Positions 28,997 to 41,200 of a stretch of 64,000 nt of DNA are shown here, piece by piece. The stretch is from Lytechinus pictus. Its lineage: Eukaryota. The number at the start of each line of letters is the position of its first letter. The first letter of the stretch is position 1. A model generated the notes under the pieces. It was given only the letters and a program-made list of their open reading frames with translations. It was not told the DNA's origin and did no database searches. Position numbers and translations under genes: made by a program. The stretch lies in NCBI RefSeq assembly GCF_037042905.1, contig NC_087257.1, positions 12,958,001 to 13,022,000 of the forward strand. Direction: 5' to 3'.

Positions 28997-29989
28997 ACTC
29001 CGTGAAAGCTTCCCCCATAATGTAGGCCCATGGACGCTACTCTATTCCAATTTGTAAAAATTATCTGAATACTCGAACAAATACAAAATCCTTGCACTAA
29101 CCCAAAAAAAATATATTGATGACAGTACATTAATAAATTTACCTAATTTTTTTTCTCGGTTATTCACTGCAGCCTAATTAATTAATTATCATCATGATCG
29201 TAAACGAGTCAATCAATTCACAACCAGTCTGCAATCACCAATGATCCAATGCGGTCCTCTGATTGGTTGCAAATGGAGTTCCGCTCAGAATAGCGCTTTT
29301 TGATTGGTCAAAAGTTCAGGGGGTTGACAGAGATTCCACGTTTTCTTCGTTCGATGCCTGCTGTTGTACAAGGTTAAAAATAGACCGCCCTAGATATAGC
29401 CAATTTCGATTTAATGACAAACTTTCAGATTTGTATCATCATGATATGACCGAAATGTTTATCTCCAGATTGTTGATGAAGATAAATTGTTCAGATATTC
29501 AGGGGCACTTAAATCCGCAAAAACAATCATGAACGCTTCCCGTGAGCGCTTTGATTGATTTGCAGTAAGGGGCGAAATCTTTCATTTTTTGGTCATCACG
29601 GGGCTGGTTTAAATTCTTTGATGAAACGTTGCAATTCCAAGCACAATGGGCGATTTGGAATGACAGATTAAAACAACAATGTTTATTTTAATAAAATGAC
29701 CACCAATCAATATAATTTGGTTTGAGATTAGTACAGGGGGTGTGGAACGGTTTGAAAACGTGGCGGGGTTGACCCCCCCCCCCCCCCACCTTCTCCCTCC
29801 CCCAAGAAAATCAGCTGTCCTGTTTACGTTTTTTTTTTGGTAAACAGTTATTGAAAAAAAAAATGGAGGAGCTTGAGCTGAGGGGATTGTTTGTCAAGAA
29901 AAAAAGAGGATTACATAATTTATTGGACATTCACGGTCGAAGAAGAGAGAAAATGTAATGAGAAAACTAAGATTGAAATGAAAATTGAG

Positions 29990-30211
29990 AAAGGGTCTCC
30001 GCAGGTTCGAGGAGCTCGAGCTGAGGGATTTTGGGCCCGGTTGGGGCGGGCGCGGCGATGCTGGTATCATAGGCTGGTATGCTTACGCGCTTTTAAGTTT
30101 TGCGCGCATAACTTTTCTGACCAGCCACGCGCACTGACCTCCATTGCCGGATGCCTTTTTGGCAAAAAGAAAAGACAAATTCAAGATGGCAGCTTTCAAC
30201 TTCGAGACGAA
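29990..30211 (+). promoter_or_regulatory. Putative promoter / 5' exon of the LRR-TM gene
   Basis: Local CpG-rich patch, GC box GGGGCGGG at ~30042, YY1-like CAAGATGGCAGC at 30182, donor AA|GTGAGC at 30211/30212. Confidence 0.5.
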
Positions 30212-30462
30212 GTGAGCGTGGATTTTGTAACATGCTTATTATAAGTCTGCCTCATTAATCAAGTTGTAACAAATTTGGTCAGGGTGAGTGGGCATAACTT
30301 CATATCTTATGTCGTTGATGATAAAGTAAGGAGNNNNNNNNNNNNNNNNNNNNNNNNNNNNNNNNNNNNNNNNNNNNNNNNNNNNNNNNNNNNNNNNNNN
30401 NNNNNNNNNNNNNNNNNNNNNNNNNNNNNNNNNNNNNNNNNNNNNNNNNNNNNNNNNNNNNN

Positions 30463-30615
30463 GGTGATAATAATCATGATAGTGATGATTAAGGTGGTGT
30501 TGATGATGATGATGATGATGGTGGTGTCGGTGATGATGATGATGATAATGAAGGTGATGTTGATGATGATGATGGTGATGCTATTGTTTATGGTGAGAGT
30601 GATGACATTGGTGAT
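30463..30615. repeat. (GAT)n microsatellite beside a gap (also 31646-31770)
   Basis: Direct reading. Confidence 0.9.
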
Positions 30616-31251
30616 GCTGCCAGCGGAAGTTTAATGTTAGGATGGGGGGTCGGGTGTCCGGACACTTTATATTCTCGAAGCCTTCTATTTTGTCTTTAGA
30701 TTACACTAAAAATATGAATTCAATAGCCTAGTTATAATCATCTTCTATTTTGTTCTCTATAATATTTCCTAACATTTTATACTAAAAATTGACGAAACTT
30801 CGCTTGTAAATTTTTCCAAATGACTTTCTAAAATTGATCGTCCGGACACACCACCTGTCCGGACACACAACATCTTGGTATACACGTCAATTTTTATTAA
30901 GATTATGCAGAGTTTCTCGAAATAAAATTAGAGAGTGTTATATGGGGCTGATAATCTTTTAATGAGAGAGAAAATGAAAAATGGTGGGGAAAAGGGCAGA
31001 GAGTGAGTGAGAGAAAAGGGGAGTTGGATAGAATGGAAGAGGCAGAAAGAATGAGTGAGAGAGAGGGAGAGAGGGAGAGGGGGAGAAGAGGAGGTAGTGA
31101 GAGTCACAAAAGAAAGAGAGATGGAAGGGGAGAGAGCGGAGGGTTGGCGAAGAGAGGAGAGGGGTGGGATACAGGTAGATGAAGGTGCATTAATTGAATT
31201 ACCTTGCTTTTAATGAATTATCAGGTGTTTGGCTGAGAAAATGAGGAAGAC

Positions 31252-31466
31252 ATGACACTTTCCGAAGCTACAAGCTGGATCTTGTATCTAGTCTTTGTTC
31301 AATGCGTTATCTCCTCGGACCATGATCACTGCATGCAGTCAGCGTGCATCTGTGAACGGACAAGATTGATCTGTAATCCACATCACATGGGAGAAGAACA
31401 GCAGGAACTGCTTGATGAGATACCAACTCCTCTTCGTGAGCAGCATTTTCCAGCGTTCGAAGAGGC
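31252..31466 (+). CDS. LRR-TM gene exon: signal peptide + LRRNT
   Basis: MTLSEATSWILYLVFVQCVISS then CMQSACICERTRLIC. Acceptor at 31224, GC|GTTAGT donor. Confidence 0.85.
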
Positions 31467-34400
31467 GTTAGTATTACACGGATGATGCTGGTGATGTGAG
31501 AGAAATGACCATGNNNNNNNNNNNNNNNNNNNNNNNNNNNNNNNNNNNNNNNNNNNNNNNNNNNNNNNNNNNNNNNNNNNNNNNNNNNNNNNNNNNNNNN
31601 NNNNNNNNNNNNNNNNNNNNNNNNNNNNNNNNNNNNNNNNNNNNNTGGTGGTAATAATGATGATGATGATGATAATGTTCATCATCATTATGATGATGAA
31701 GAAGATGATGAAGATAATGATGATGATTATCATCAATGATCATCATTATTATTGTAATGATGATAATTAGATTAAGTGATGATAGAAATGTTCAAATAAT
31801 GACGAATGTAAAGATGATAATCCCGACAATGAAACTGATGCTGCTATTTATNNNNNNNNNNNNNNNNNNNNNNNNNNNNNNNNNNNNNNNNNNNNNNNNN
31901 NNNNNNNNNNNNNNNNNNNNNNNNNNNNNNNNNNNNNNNNNNNNNNNNNNNNNNNNNNNNNNNNNNNNNNNNNNNNNNNNNNNNNNNNNNNNNNNNNNNN
32001 NNNNNNNNNNNNNNNNNNNNNNNNNNNNNNNNNNNNNNNNNNNNNNNNNNNNNNNNNNNNNNNNNNNNNNNNNNNNNNNNNNNNNNNNNNNNNNNNNNNN
32101 NNNNNNNNNNNNNNNNNNNNNNNNNNAATGATGTCATTGTTATTTATGTCATGTTGATGTTGGCCGACATGTCAATAATAGAATAAATTGATGCGGTATG
32201 TATTTGTTTTAATTCTCCTCACTTATCCCAGGAAAATAACCTCCCACTTCCCTGCTTATCCCACCTTACAGAGATTTCAGATACAACAACATTGGTGATG
32301 TAAAGACGAAATCATTTCATGGCCTTCACAATCTGAACATACTGTAAGTACATAGATGAATAAGGACGAAAAGTTAAAACAATAATAATAGTAAATGTTC
32401 ATCGTGTGAAACCTAGGAATAAGAACTTTAAAGAAGAAGAAGAAGATGAAGAAGAAGAAGAAGAAGAGAAAGGAAGAAGAAAATAAAGAGTAATGATAAT
32501 AATAATCTAAAGAAGAAGAAAAAGAAAAAGAAAAAGAAGAAAAAGAGAAAGGAAGAAGGAAAAAAAAGAAGAAGAAGAAGGCGAGAGAATATCGATTGCA
32601 TTGTATTGTATTTAATGTGTTGTATCTAATTAAAGAGAAAGGAAAATGGGAGCTGGGAATTTGTATTCAATGGTCAATGCAATCATTGTACTATTGTGTG
32701 AATTCCATGTGATTTTTAATCAATGTTACAATAATTGTTATTTTTCTATAATTTTCGTTATATGTTCTTCCCAGATGGCTCTCTCACAACCAAGTATCAA
32801 TGCTAGACGCTCATGCATTCAGTGGTGCTACGGCGTTACAGATTATGTAAGAACCATAATGGTTGTATTTTCTCGTCTAAAATTATGAGATGAAGGGAAA
32901 TTAAAAAACAAAATCATTTAAAATGGGTTCGTGATAGCAACATGACTAGTATAGAGAGAGGAGAGGGGGTGGTATAGGGGAGGGGGAGGAGGATGTATGA
33001 TCAAGAACCAGGGCTAAAATAACGGGTTCCCTGAAAGAAAAAAAAACCTGATGGCTAAAAGCGTATCTTTTGAAATGTGTTTGTTTAAATAAATAAAACA
33101 AAACTGATTATAAGAATTTGATTGGTCAACTTGATGTGTCCGACCAGAATATTGGTAAAAATATCAATTTGATGGTTATTATCACCAGATATTGTTAATA
33201 TTGATGGTCATAGTTATGCTGTTTGTCTCGTTTTTCTTGGCAACGATGATACAATGATGGGGAAAAAATTAAAGGGGTGTGGGGTGCAAGAAATATCTTT
33301 AAAAATCACGTGGTGCTTGTTTTATGTGTTTGTTTTGTTTGATCCAGAGACTTATCTTACAACCGATTGGAGATATTCGAGACAAGGGTGCTTGCTTCGG
33401 AACCTCATTTGTTGAATTTACATACCATGTACGTATCATACCGAACATTATATCTAACAAAGTTCCTGTAAGAATAATAAAAATGAATACAGAATATGTT
33501 CAGTCCGTCCCAGCATTAATTTTAGGATGATAATTTTTCTTATCGAGATCAGATTAATAAAATAAAAAAGAATTTCCTTACGATAGTTTTAACAGTAATT
33601 TAAAATGTGCCACAATATTTGTACATCAACTTCAGTATTCATATTTACACTATTTCTTATGATTGATTTACACTATTTACACTATTTCTTATGATTGATT
33701 TACACTATTTACACTATTTCTTATGATTGATCTTTTACTCCAAAAGAAAGATATTCGTTTGTGTGCCGACGCTGGTTATTATGAAAATACTTGTCCCCTC
33801 TTTAACCGTTTCAAGACTTTAAAAATTGATAATATACTAGTACATACATTTCAAATTGCTTTGTTTTTTGTTAAGGTTTCACTGTCGCCAATTACCGATA
33901 ACATTTGATCATATGTTCCTTTAAATTCATTTATTCATAATTATCCTATACGAGAACCTCAACAAATTTACATTTATCAAACCCGCTAACCACCTTAGCC
34001 CATATAGGTCAATAAGACATACTGGTCCAGATACCCGGGATGATATACCCTTAACAATACGTGGTGCTCCTACGGAATAAATTTAAGTTTGAGTTTAAGC
34101 ATTCCATTATTAGTGCTTATGACTGTCCCCTCCCATGCAATGATTGTTTATTGTTATTTTATCGTGAAATATTGTCAATAAATTTTATGTTGTATGATCA
34201 ATTTTTGCATGGAAATAAAGAATCAATCAATCAATTTATTCAAATAAATCTTAATAGAGAAATTATTTGTTTTAGGCATTTTTAAAAAGCTATATCTAAT
34301 CATATAACCATATCCCTCAACAGCATTANNNNNNNNNNNNNNNNNNNNNNNNNNNNNNNNNNNNNNNNNNNNNNNNNNNNNNNNNNNNNNNNNNNNNNNN

Positions 34401-37400
34401 NNNNNNNNNNNNNNNNNNNNNNNNNNNNNNNNNNNNNNNNNNNNNNNNNNNNNNNNNNNNNNNNNNNNNNNNNNNNNNNNNNNNTGTTGCCACCTAACCA
34501 AACCACTATTTTTAATTTTTTTTTAAATGTTTTCTTTTTCTTTAACCAGTGATCTCTCCCACAATAGCATAAAATCGATCGAGGCACATTCGTTTATCGC
34601 CACCCCTAATCTGAAACAATTGTAAGTATATTCTACCATACCAAAATAAAAGTAAGGTTGAGTTTTTGCTGATAAAACCAGGGTCTGGGCCGACATGTTT
34701 TGATATTAGTCTGGTCTGTTAGCGGAATTATGTGGACACGGTGGACAAAAGCATGATTTTTTCTCCAGACCTTTGTTTATGTATAAGAATTAAAAATGGG
34801 GTATGCTCCAAAAAATCTGGCTGCAGGAACAGTGAAAAAATGGGTGAAAATGTCAGAATTTATGAGTTTAGATTGGTCTGATATATAGACTAGCGCTAGT
34901 GCAAAACTCAATAGCAGTGCATTATTTTGCATTGGTTTAGTTCTTGAATTCAGACCCTTTTTGAACAGATATTCTGTTTGTCCTCACATCTCAATGCACT
35001 AATACCCTTTTTACACAGGATTTTCTTAACCCCGGACTATCGCTAACCCCGTACTATCCTTAACCCCGTACTATTTTTTTTCCTTTTTACACATGCCAAA
35101 TTGTTATTGCTAACCCCGGATAAGGAATGCTTGCTTTTTACACACGAAACTCGCTAACCCCGGACTAGTGGTTTTTGTCGATCATTCGTAGTACAAGTAC
35201 TTCACTCGTACCATTTTACACACGCTACAATTTCCTTAACCCCGTACTATAGGTGGGGCCAAATTGCCATTTAGCCCCACCTATAGTACGGGGTTAAGCT
35301 TAGCCCACTTTCGTTTTACACTAGCGATCTTAACCCCGTACTATCGCTCTTAGCACCGCAATTGCTGGGATAACCCTGCTTTTTTGCAGGGCCAAATAAT
35401 CCCGTACTAAAGGTGGGGTTAGCCCACTTTGCAAAAATGCTGTGTAAAAAGAAAGTGGGCTAAGCTTAACCCCGTACTATAGGTGGGGCTAAATTGCCAT
35501 TTAGCCCCACCTATAGTACGGGGTTAAGGAAATTTTAGCGTGTGTAAAAAGGGTATAAATATCTGAATGCAGATGCTAAACAAGCCGAAGGGTGGTGATG
35601 GAGGGGGTTGAATGTTGGTGTGTATGTACATATTTTGGTCTTGGGGTAAAGATGTGCAAGACACATTTTTTTGCATGTGTTGGAAATTGTGTTGCCATGG
35701 TAACAGTGTATTATGGCAAAAATAAGGTACAAATCTTGCAGTTAGAACTACTTCCTCTGTTGTCACCCGATTCTCATGAAATTTGGCACACACATTGGTC
35801 TTGAGGTGAAGATGTCTAAGACACATTTTGTGTGTCTTTCAAAAATCTTGTTACCATGGTAACAACATATTATTTAGTGAAAATTGGGGAAAAAACCTTA
35901 CAATTCAAACTGCTTCATCAGTTTTAAATCAATTCTCATGAAATTTGACACACACATTGGTATTAGAGTAAAGATGTACAAGGCACTTTTTGTATGTGTT
36001 TCATAAATTGTGTTGCCATGGTAACAACATATTATATGGCAAAATTTAAGTAAAAACCTTGCAATTTGAACAACTTCGTCAGTTTTGAACCATTTCTCAT
36101 GAAATTTGGCTCATACATTTGCTTTGAGGTAAAGATGTGCAAGAACCATTTTATGTGTGCATTTGTCAGAGTATATTGCCATGGTAACCACATATGATAG
36201 CCAGAAATGCAGGAAAACTCATTGTCGATCAAACAACTTCCCCTTTTTTTAGTCAGTGCTCATAAAAGTTGGAAGAAATATTCATCTTTGGGTAAAGATT
36301 CATATTAAATTCTAAACTGCATTAAAATATATGAGTGTGGGGGTATTAATCACCTTCAGTAATATTTCTAGGTTTTGGGGGAGGAGCGGGATTGGTCCTT
36401 AAAATCTGACCTCAAAATAAAGGTTAAAGGCGGTGTCCATTAACACTCTTGAAATAAGCATCCCCTCAAGGGCATAGGCTGGGGGTACACTGGGTGAATG
36501 TGAAACCTTCCGCTCTGGCAAAGGAGTTCCAACACTGGCAAGCAAAACAAAATGTGTACCCCTTCTACTTTCAACGGCTGATTTTCCAAACCTTAGTTCC
36601 ACCTTCCCAAGATGTGTACCCCTCCCCATACCACTTCTATGTCCCTATGCTCAACCAGTCTACGCCTTTGCCCCTCAGGGGTCTTTGTATTTTAAAGCGA
36701 GACATGACTCCCTTTTTTTTTTGGGGGGGGGGTCTTTAGAAAATGACCTCATAAAAGTAAAAGTTAAAGGATTATGACTAAGAACTTAACCCCCCCCCCC
36801 GCAAACAAATGGGGCTGATATATTTTTTGAGCAGAAAAATGCCCCCCCCCCCCCCCATTAAAAGGTAAGAAGATTCATTTGCACTTCAGAGTTCAGACCA
36901 TTCATTTGATGTTTAATGCATTCTGCTTTGGTAAAAAATTTTTTACAGTAGCCAATTAATCATTGTTTATTTATATACTCATAGTCTTTTATTCATATTC
37001 CATTCCTACTCTTTCTTTTTAACTATATCACATCACTCTTGATTTTGAGCTTCACCATACCATCTTATGTTTCCTCTCTCCTTTTTTTACCCTCTCTTCT
37101 CTCCAAGTATATTTTTTCTGACATATTATAAAGTGAACCTTTAATCATGCAACTAATTATAGAAATATATATATATATATACAAAAATCTCTGCACTTGT
37201 TTTAGAAATTCACTTGCAAATCCATGACTCAATAGCATACCATATAAAATATATGCATATGTGCACAATAATTTTTTGCCTTCAATTTTATTTCATTTAA
37301 TTTTTTCAGTATAATTGTCAAAAAATGAATATTATGTTTCAGTAGCAAAATTGTTGGATGCAAGATCTGACTGTCACAAAAAATGCAAATAATTTTGCAT

Positions 37401-38190
37401 TGGAGTAAGGACGAACGTATTCACTGTTCATTGAGCAAATGATGACTTTTATTTCTCTACATATATTCTAGTCATATCCCTTTCAGATGGTGGTAACTGC
37501 AGGAATGGGAAAACTCAGTGATATAACTAAAATTTTCACAGAGGATTTTCGGAAAACAACTAAATCCATTTTTTTTCAAGCAACAGTTATTCCATTCTGA
37601 ATGCTGCAACTATGAATTTGATGCACCTTTACCGAAATATAATATCATGACAGCCATTTCTTCAATTCTTTAAACTAGACATTAAATATAGCTAATAGTA
37701 TTATTTAGGACAGAGTGTAGCCAAAATAGAGTTTAGAAGATTATGAAGAAAAGAATAAATGTCATGGTATTATATTTCAGTGTAGGTGTAAGCATTCAAA
37801 ATGGAATAATTGTTGCTAGATAATAATGAATTAAAATAGCCAAAAAAATGTACTTAGAGAGGGAGAAAAAGAGGGGGGGGGGGGAGGAAACAAAACAAGA
37901 AGGTATGGTAAAGCTCTAAAGTGCAAAAAGTGATGTAAGAAAGTCAGAGTAAACACTGAAATGAACAAAGACTGAGTAGAAGGAGATAAATAAAACGTTG
38001 ATTAATTGGGCACCGGAAATTATCTTTTATCAAACCAGAATGTTTTAGGCTTGAAATTAATACGCTGAAGTGTAAAGGATTTTTCTTCCCCCCCTTTTTT
38101 TTTTTTTTTTTTTTTGGGGGGGGGGGTCAGTTCCTAGTTGTAATTATTTCCTTTTACTCTTTATGTGGCAATTTTCTAAAGGCCCCCCCC

Positions 38191-38227
<37 letters not shown>

Positions 38228-41200
38228 AAGGGGTGCTTTCTTTAAGAGTGTTTAAGTTCCTAATGGCCATGTCCTTTAACCTTCTATATTTTTATGTTGT
38301 CAGTTTTTAAGGACCTCCTCCGCCCCCCCCCAAAAAAAGGAACATATAGATATTATTGAAGGTGATTAATACCATGAATACCCTGCGCTATTTTATGATG
38401 TTAAAGGGGAATCCAAATAAACACTTGTTTTTATGAGGAAAAGAAAAAATCAGACAATAGGTCAAAGTTTGAACAATATCGGACAAACCATAAGAAAGTT
38501 GTGAATATATAAAAGTTGTATAAATTGGTAATCACTATATACCCATGAAGACTTCAAATTGGCCGCACATGTGATGTCATAATGATGTAAGGGAAGGACC
38601 ACTCTTCCATGTACAGAAATAATTAATTGACTAAAATGTATTTTTCAAAAGTTTTACTTCAAATTGTATCTTTCTTTCATGAGGACATAAAGCATTATAC
38701 TAACAGGTTTATATTACGGCCCCAATGAAATTTAGGAGAAAACCAAAAATCAAAGTACAAGGCCAATGGGAAAGTTGTCCTTGCGGCCTCACCCCTTGTC
38801 ATAATTTACTTACCCATTATCAATTTGAAATCTACATACTAGTAGCCTTAGGGATCTTAATTTTAAAGCAGTCATAACTTTATTTTGCTTGTCTGATTGC
38901 TTTCAAACTTTCACCATTCTTATTTTTCTCCTTTTCCACACAACATTTTATGACCAAGGCTGGATTCCCCTTTAACACTGAATGTGAATCTTTACCCAAA
39001 ATGAATATTTGTGTAAACTTTTCTGAGCACAGGCTGAAAACTGAGAAGTAGATTGATCCACAATTGATGAGTTTTCCCTGCATTTCTGGCTATATGTGGT
39101 TATCAAGGCAATGCACTCTCTGACAAATGAAAAAAAAAAGGTTCTTGCACATCTTTATCTCAAGGCCAATGTGTGAGCCATATCATGCATGAGAATAGGT
39201 TTGGAACTGATAAAGTAGTTCAAATTGCAAGGTTTTTACCTAAATTTTGCCATATAATATGTTGTTACCATGGCAACACAATTTCTGAAACAATCACAAA
39301 AAGTGCCTTGTACATCTTTACTTTAATACCAATGTGTGTGCCAAATTTCATGAGAATTGATTTAAAACTGATGAAGCAGTTTGAATTGTAAGGTTTTTTC
39401 CCCAATTTTCACCAAATGTTATGTTGTTACCATGGCAACAAAATTTCTGAAAGACACACAAAATGTGTCTTAGACATCTTCACCTCAAGACCAATGTGTG
39501 TGCCAAATTTCATGAGAATCGGATGAAAACAGAGGAAGTAGTTCTAACTGCAAGATTTGTAACCTTATTTTGCCATAATACACTGTTACCATGGCAACAC
39601 ATGCAAAAAATGTGTCTTGCACATCTTTACACCAAGACCAAAATATGTACATACACACCAACATTCAACCCCCTCCACCGCCACCCTTCGGCTTGTTTAG
39701 CATCTGCATTCAGATATTTAGTGCATTGAGATGTGAGGACAAACAAAATATCTGTTCAAAAAGGGTCTGAACTCAAGAACTAAACCAATGCAAAATAATG
39801 CACTGCTATTGAGTTTTGCACTAGCGCTAGTCTATATATCAGACCAATCTAAACTCATAAATTCTGACATTTTCACCCATTTTTTCACTGTTCCTGCAGC
39901 CAGATTTTTTGGAGCATACCCCATTTTTAATTCTTATACATAAACAAAGGTCTGGAGAAAAAATCATGCTTTTGTCCACTGTGTCCACAAGTAGGGTGTT
40001 TTTGACGCTAACAGACCGGACTATATGGAGTGGGGGCAAAAAACGTAATATTGGTGCATAAATTTGTCACGAACAAATATTAGGAGTATTTTCTTCGGAT
40101 TTTTTTTCAGGGGGGGGGGGGATTTCCCTTTTCCTTGTATATTTTCCCTTCTCACATTTTGTTCTTTCTATTATTATATCACTTGGTACTACATTATGGG
40201 GGCGAGCGCCCCTGCCCCCTTTTGGTGACATCCCTGTATGTAACATTAAAATAGCAAGTAGAACCTACGTTTCCCTCAAGTAGTTTTTTTTTTGCACAAA
40301 GGGATTTTAACGACCATAAAGGGAAAGCAGATAACAAAATATCAGTTTGCACTTTCATGTAACAAACATCTAAGGTTACAAAGTTTCCAAACTTAAAAAA
40401 GGAGATTTATAACTTTTTTACGAACAAAAAGTTTTCATGGATTATTATTTCATTTTTCTTTCCAGGTATCTTCACAATAACCCACTCACTTCACTAAATG
40501 GAGCACCATTTGTTCATTGTAGGTCGTTAAACACATTGTAAGTATAAACAGGGGCCGCAGATAGATTTTTGATAGTGGGGGCTGTGTGCCACAATTGGAT
40601 GGGGCTGAATTTGCCTTAAATCATAATTTTGATGGTCATCTTCACGGTTTTGGAGACGTTTATTGAATAAAATTGAGAAGGCCGAGGCCCTTGTGAAATG
40701 TTAAAATCAGAATTACTCCATTATGATTAATTAGCTTCTCTATTTATAGGTTTAGTTATGGAGGATAGCATAAAACCGGTGCTGGCATTCGTGTTTGGAG
40801 CACAGTGAGAATTGCCTGTCATAGCTCCAGGACCTAATCTGACTTTACAAATACATGTATGAGACAAATCACAAGATTTATGACTATATTTGCAAGATTT
40901 GTCCTATGTGAGTTCAGTGGTATAACTTGGTATTTCCATTTCGTTAACATGATGGTGAACTTATCGTGAGGGGCAGCGCCAGGCTATTTCAAGTTTGAGA
41001 GGAAAGTGGGGGCGGCCTATTATTATTTTTTATTTGAATTACATGGGTAGTATAGAATTACACATCATACATGCATGCAGGCTCTCTCTTGTATACTTTT
41101 CTTTCTTCTCCCAATTAGTTATTCCCCTTTTTTTGTTTCACTACTTAAATTCTTAAGGAAGAGGGGGGGGGGTCAACACCCCCCTTTAGGTCGCCCCTGC

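Larger units (their letters stand above)
34709..40021. mobile_element. 5.3-kb non-autonomous foldback-like DNA element with ~1.2-kb inverted arms
   Basis: 34709-~36470 is the reverse complement of ~38225-40021 apart from nested inserts; flanked by TA on both sides. Confidence 0.8.

Noticed and set aside
35025-35530. Regularly recurring TAACCCCGTACTA as a possible CRISPR or telomere array
   Set aside because: Irregular subterminal repeats inside a TIR/TSD-bounded MITE, in a eukaryotic context with no cas genes.
35524-39729. Mirror-image ORFs MCLRHLHLKTNVCAKF on both strands
   Set aside because: Products of the inverted arms of the foldback element; no coding signature.
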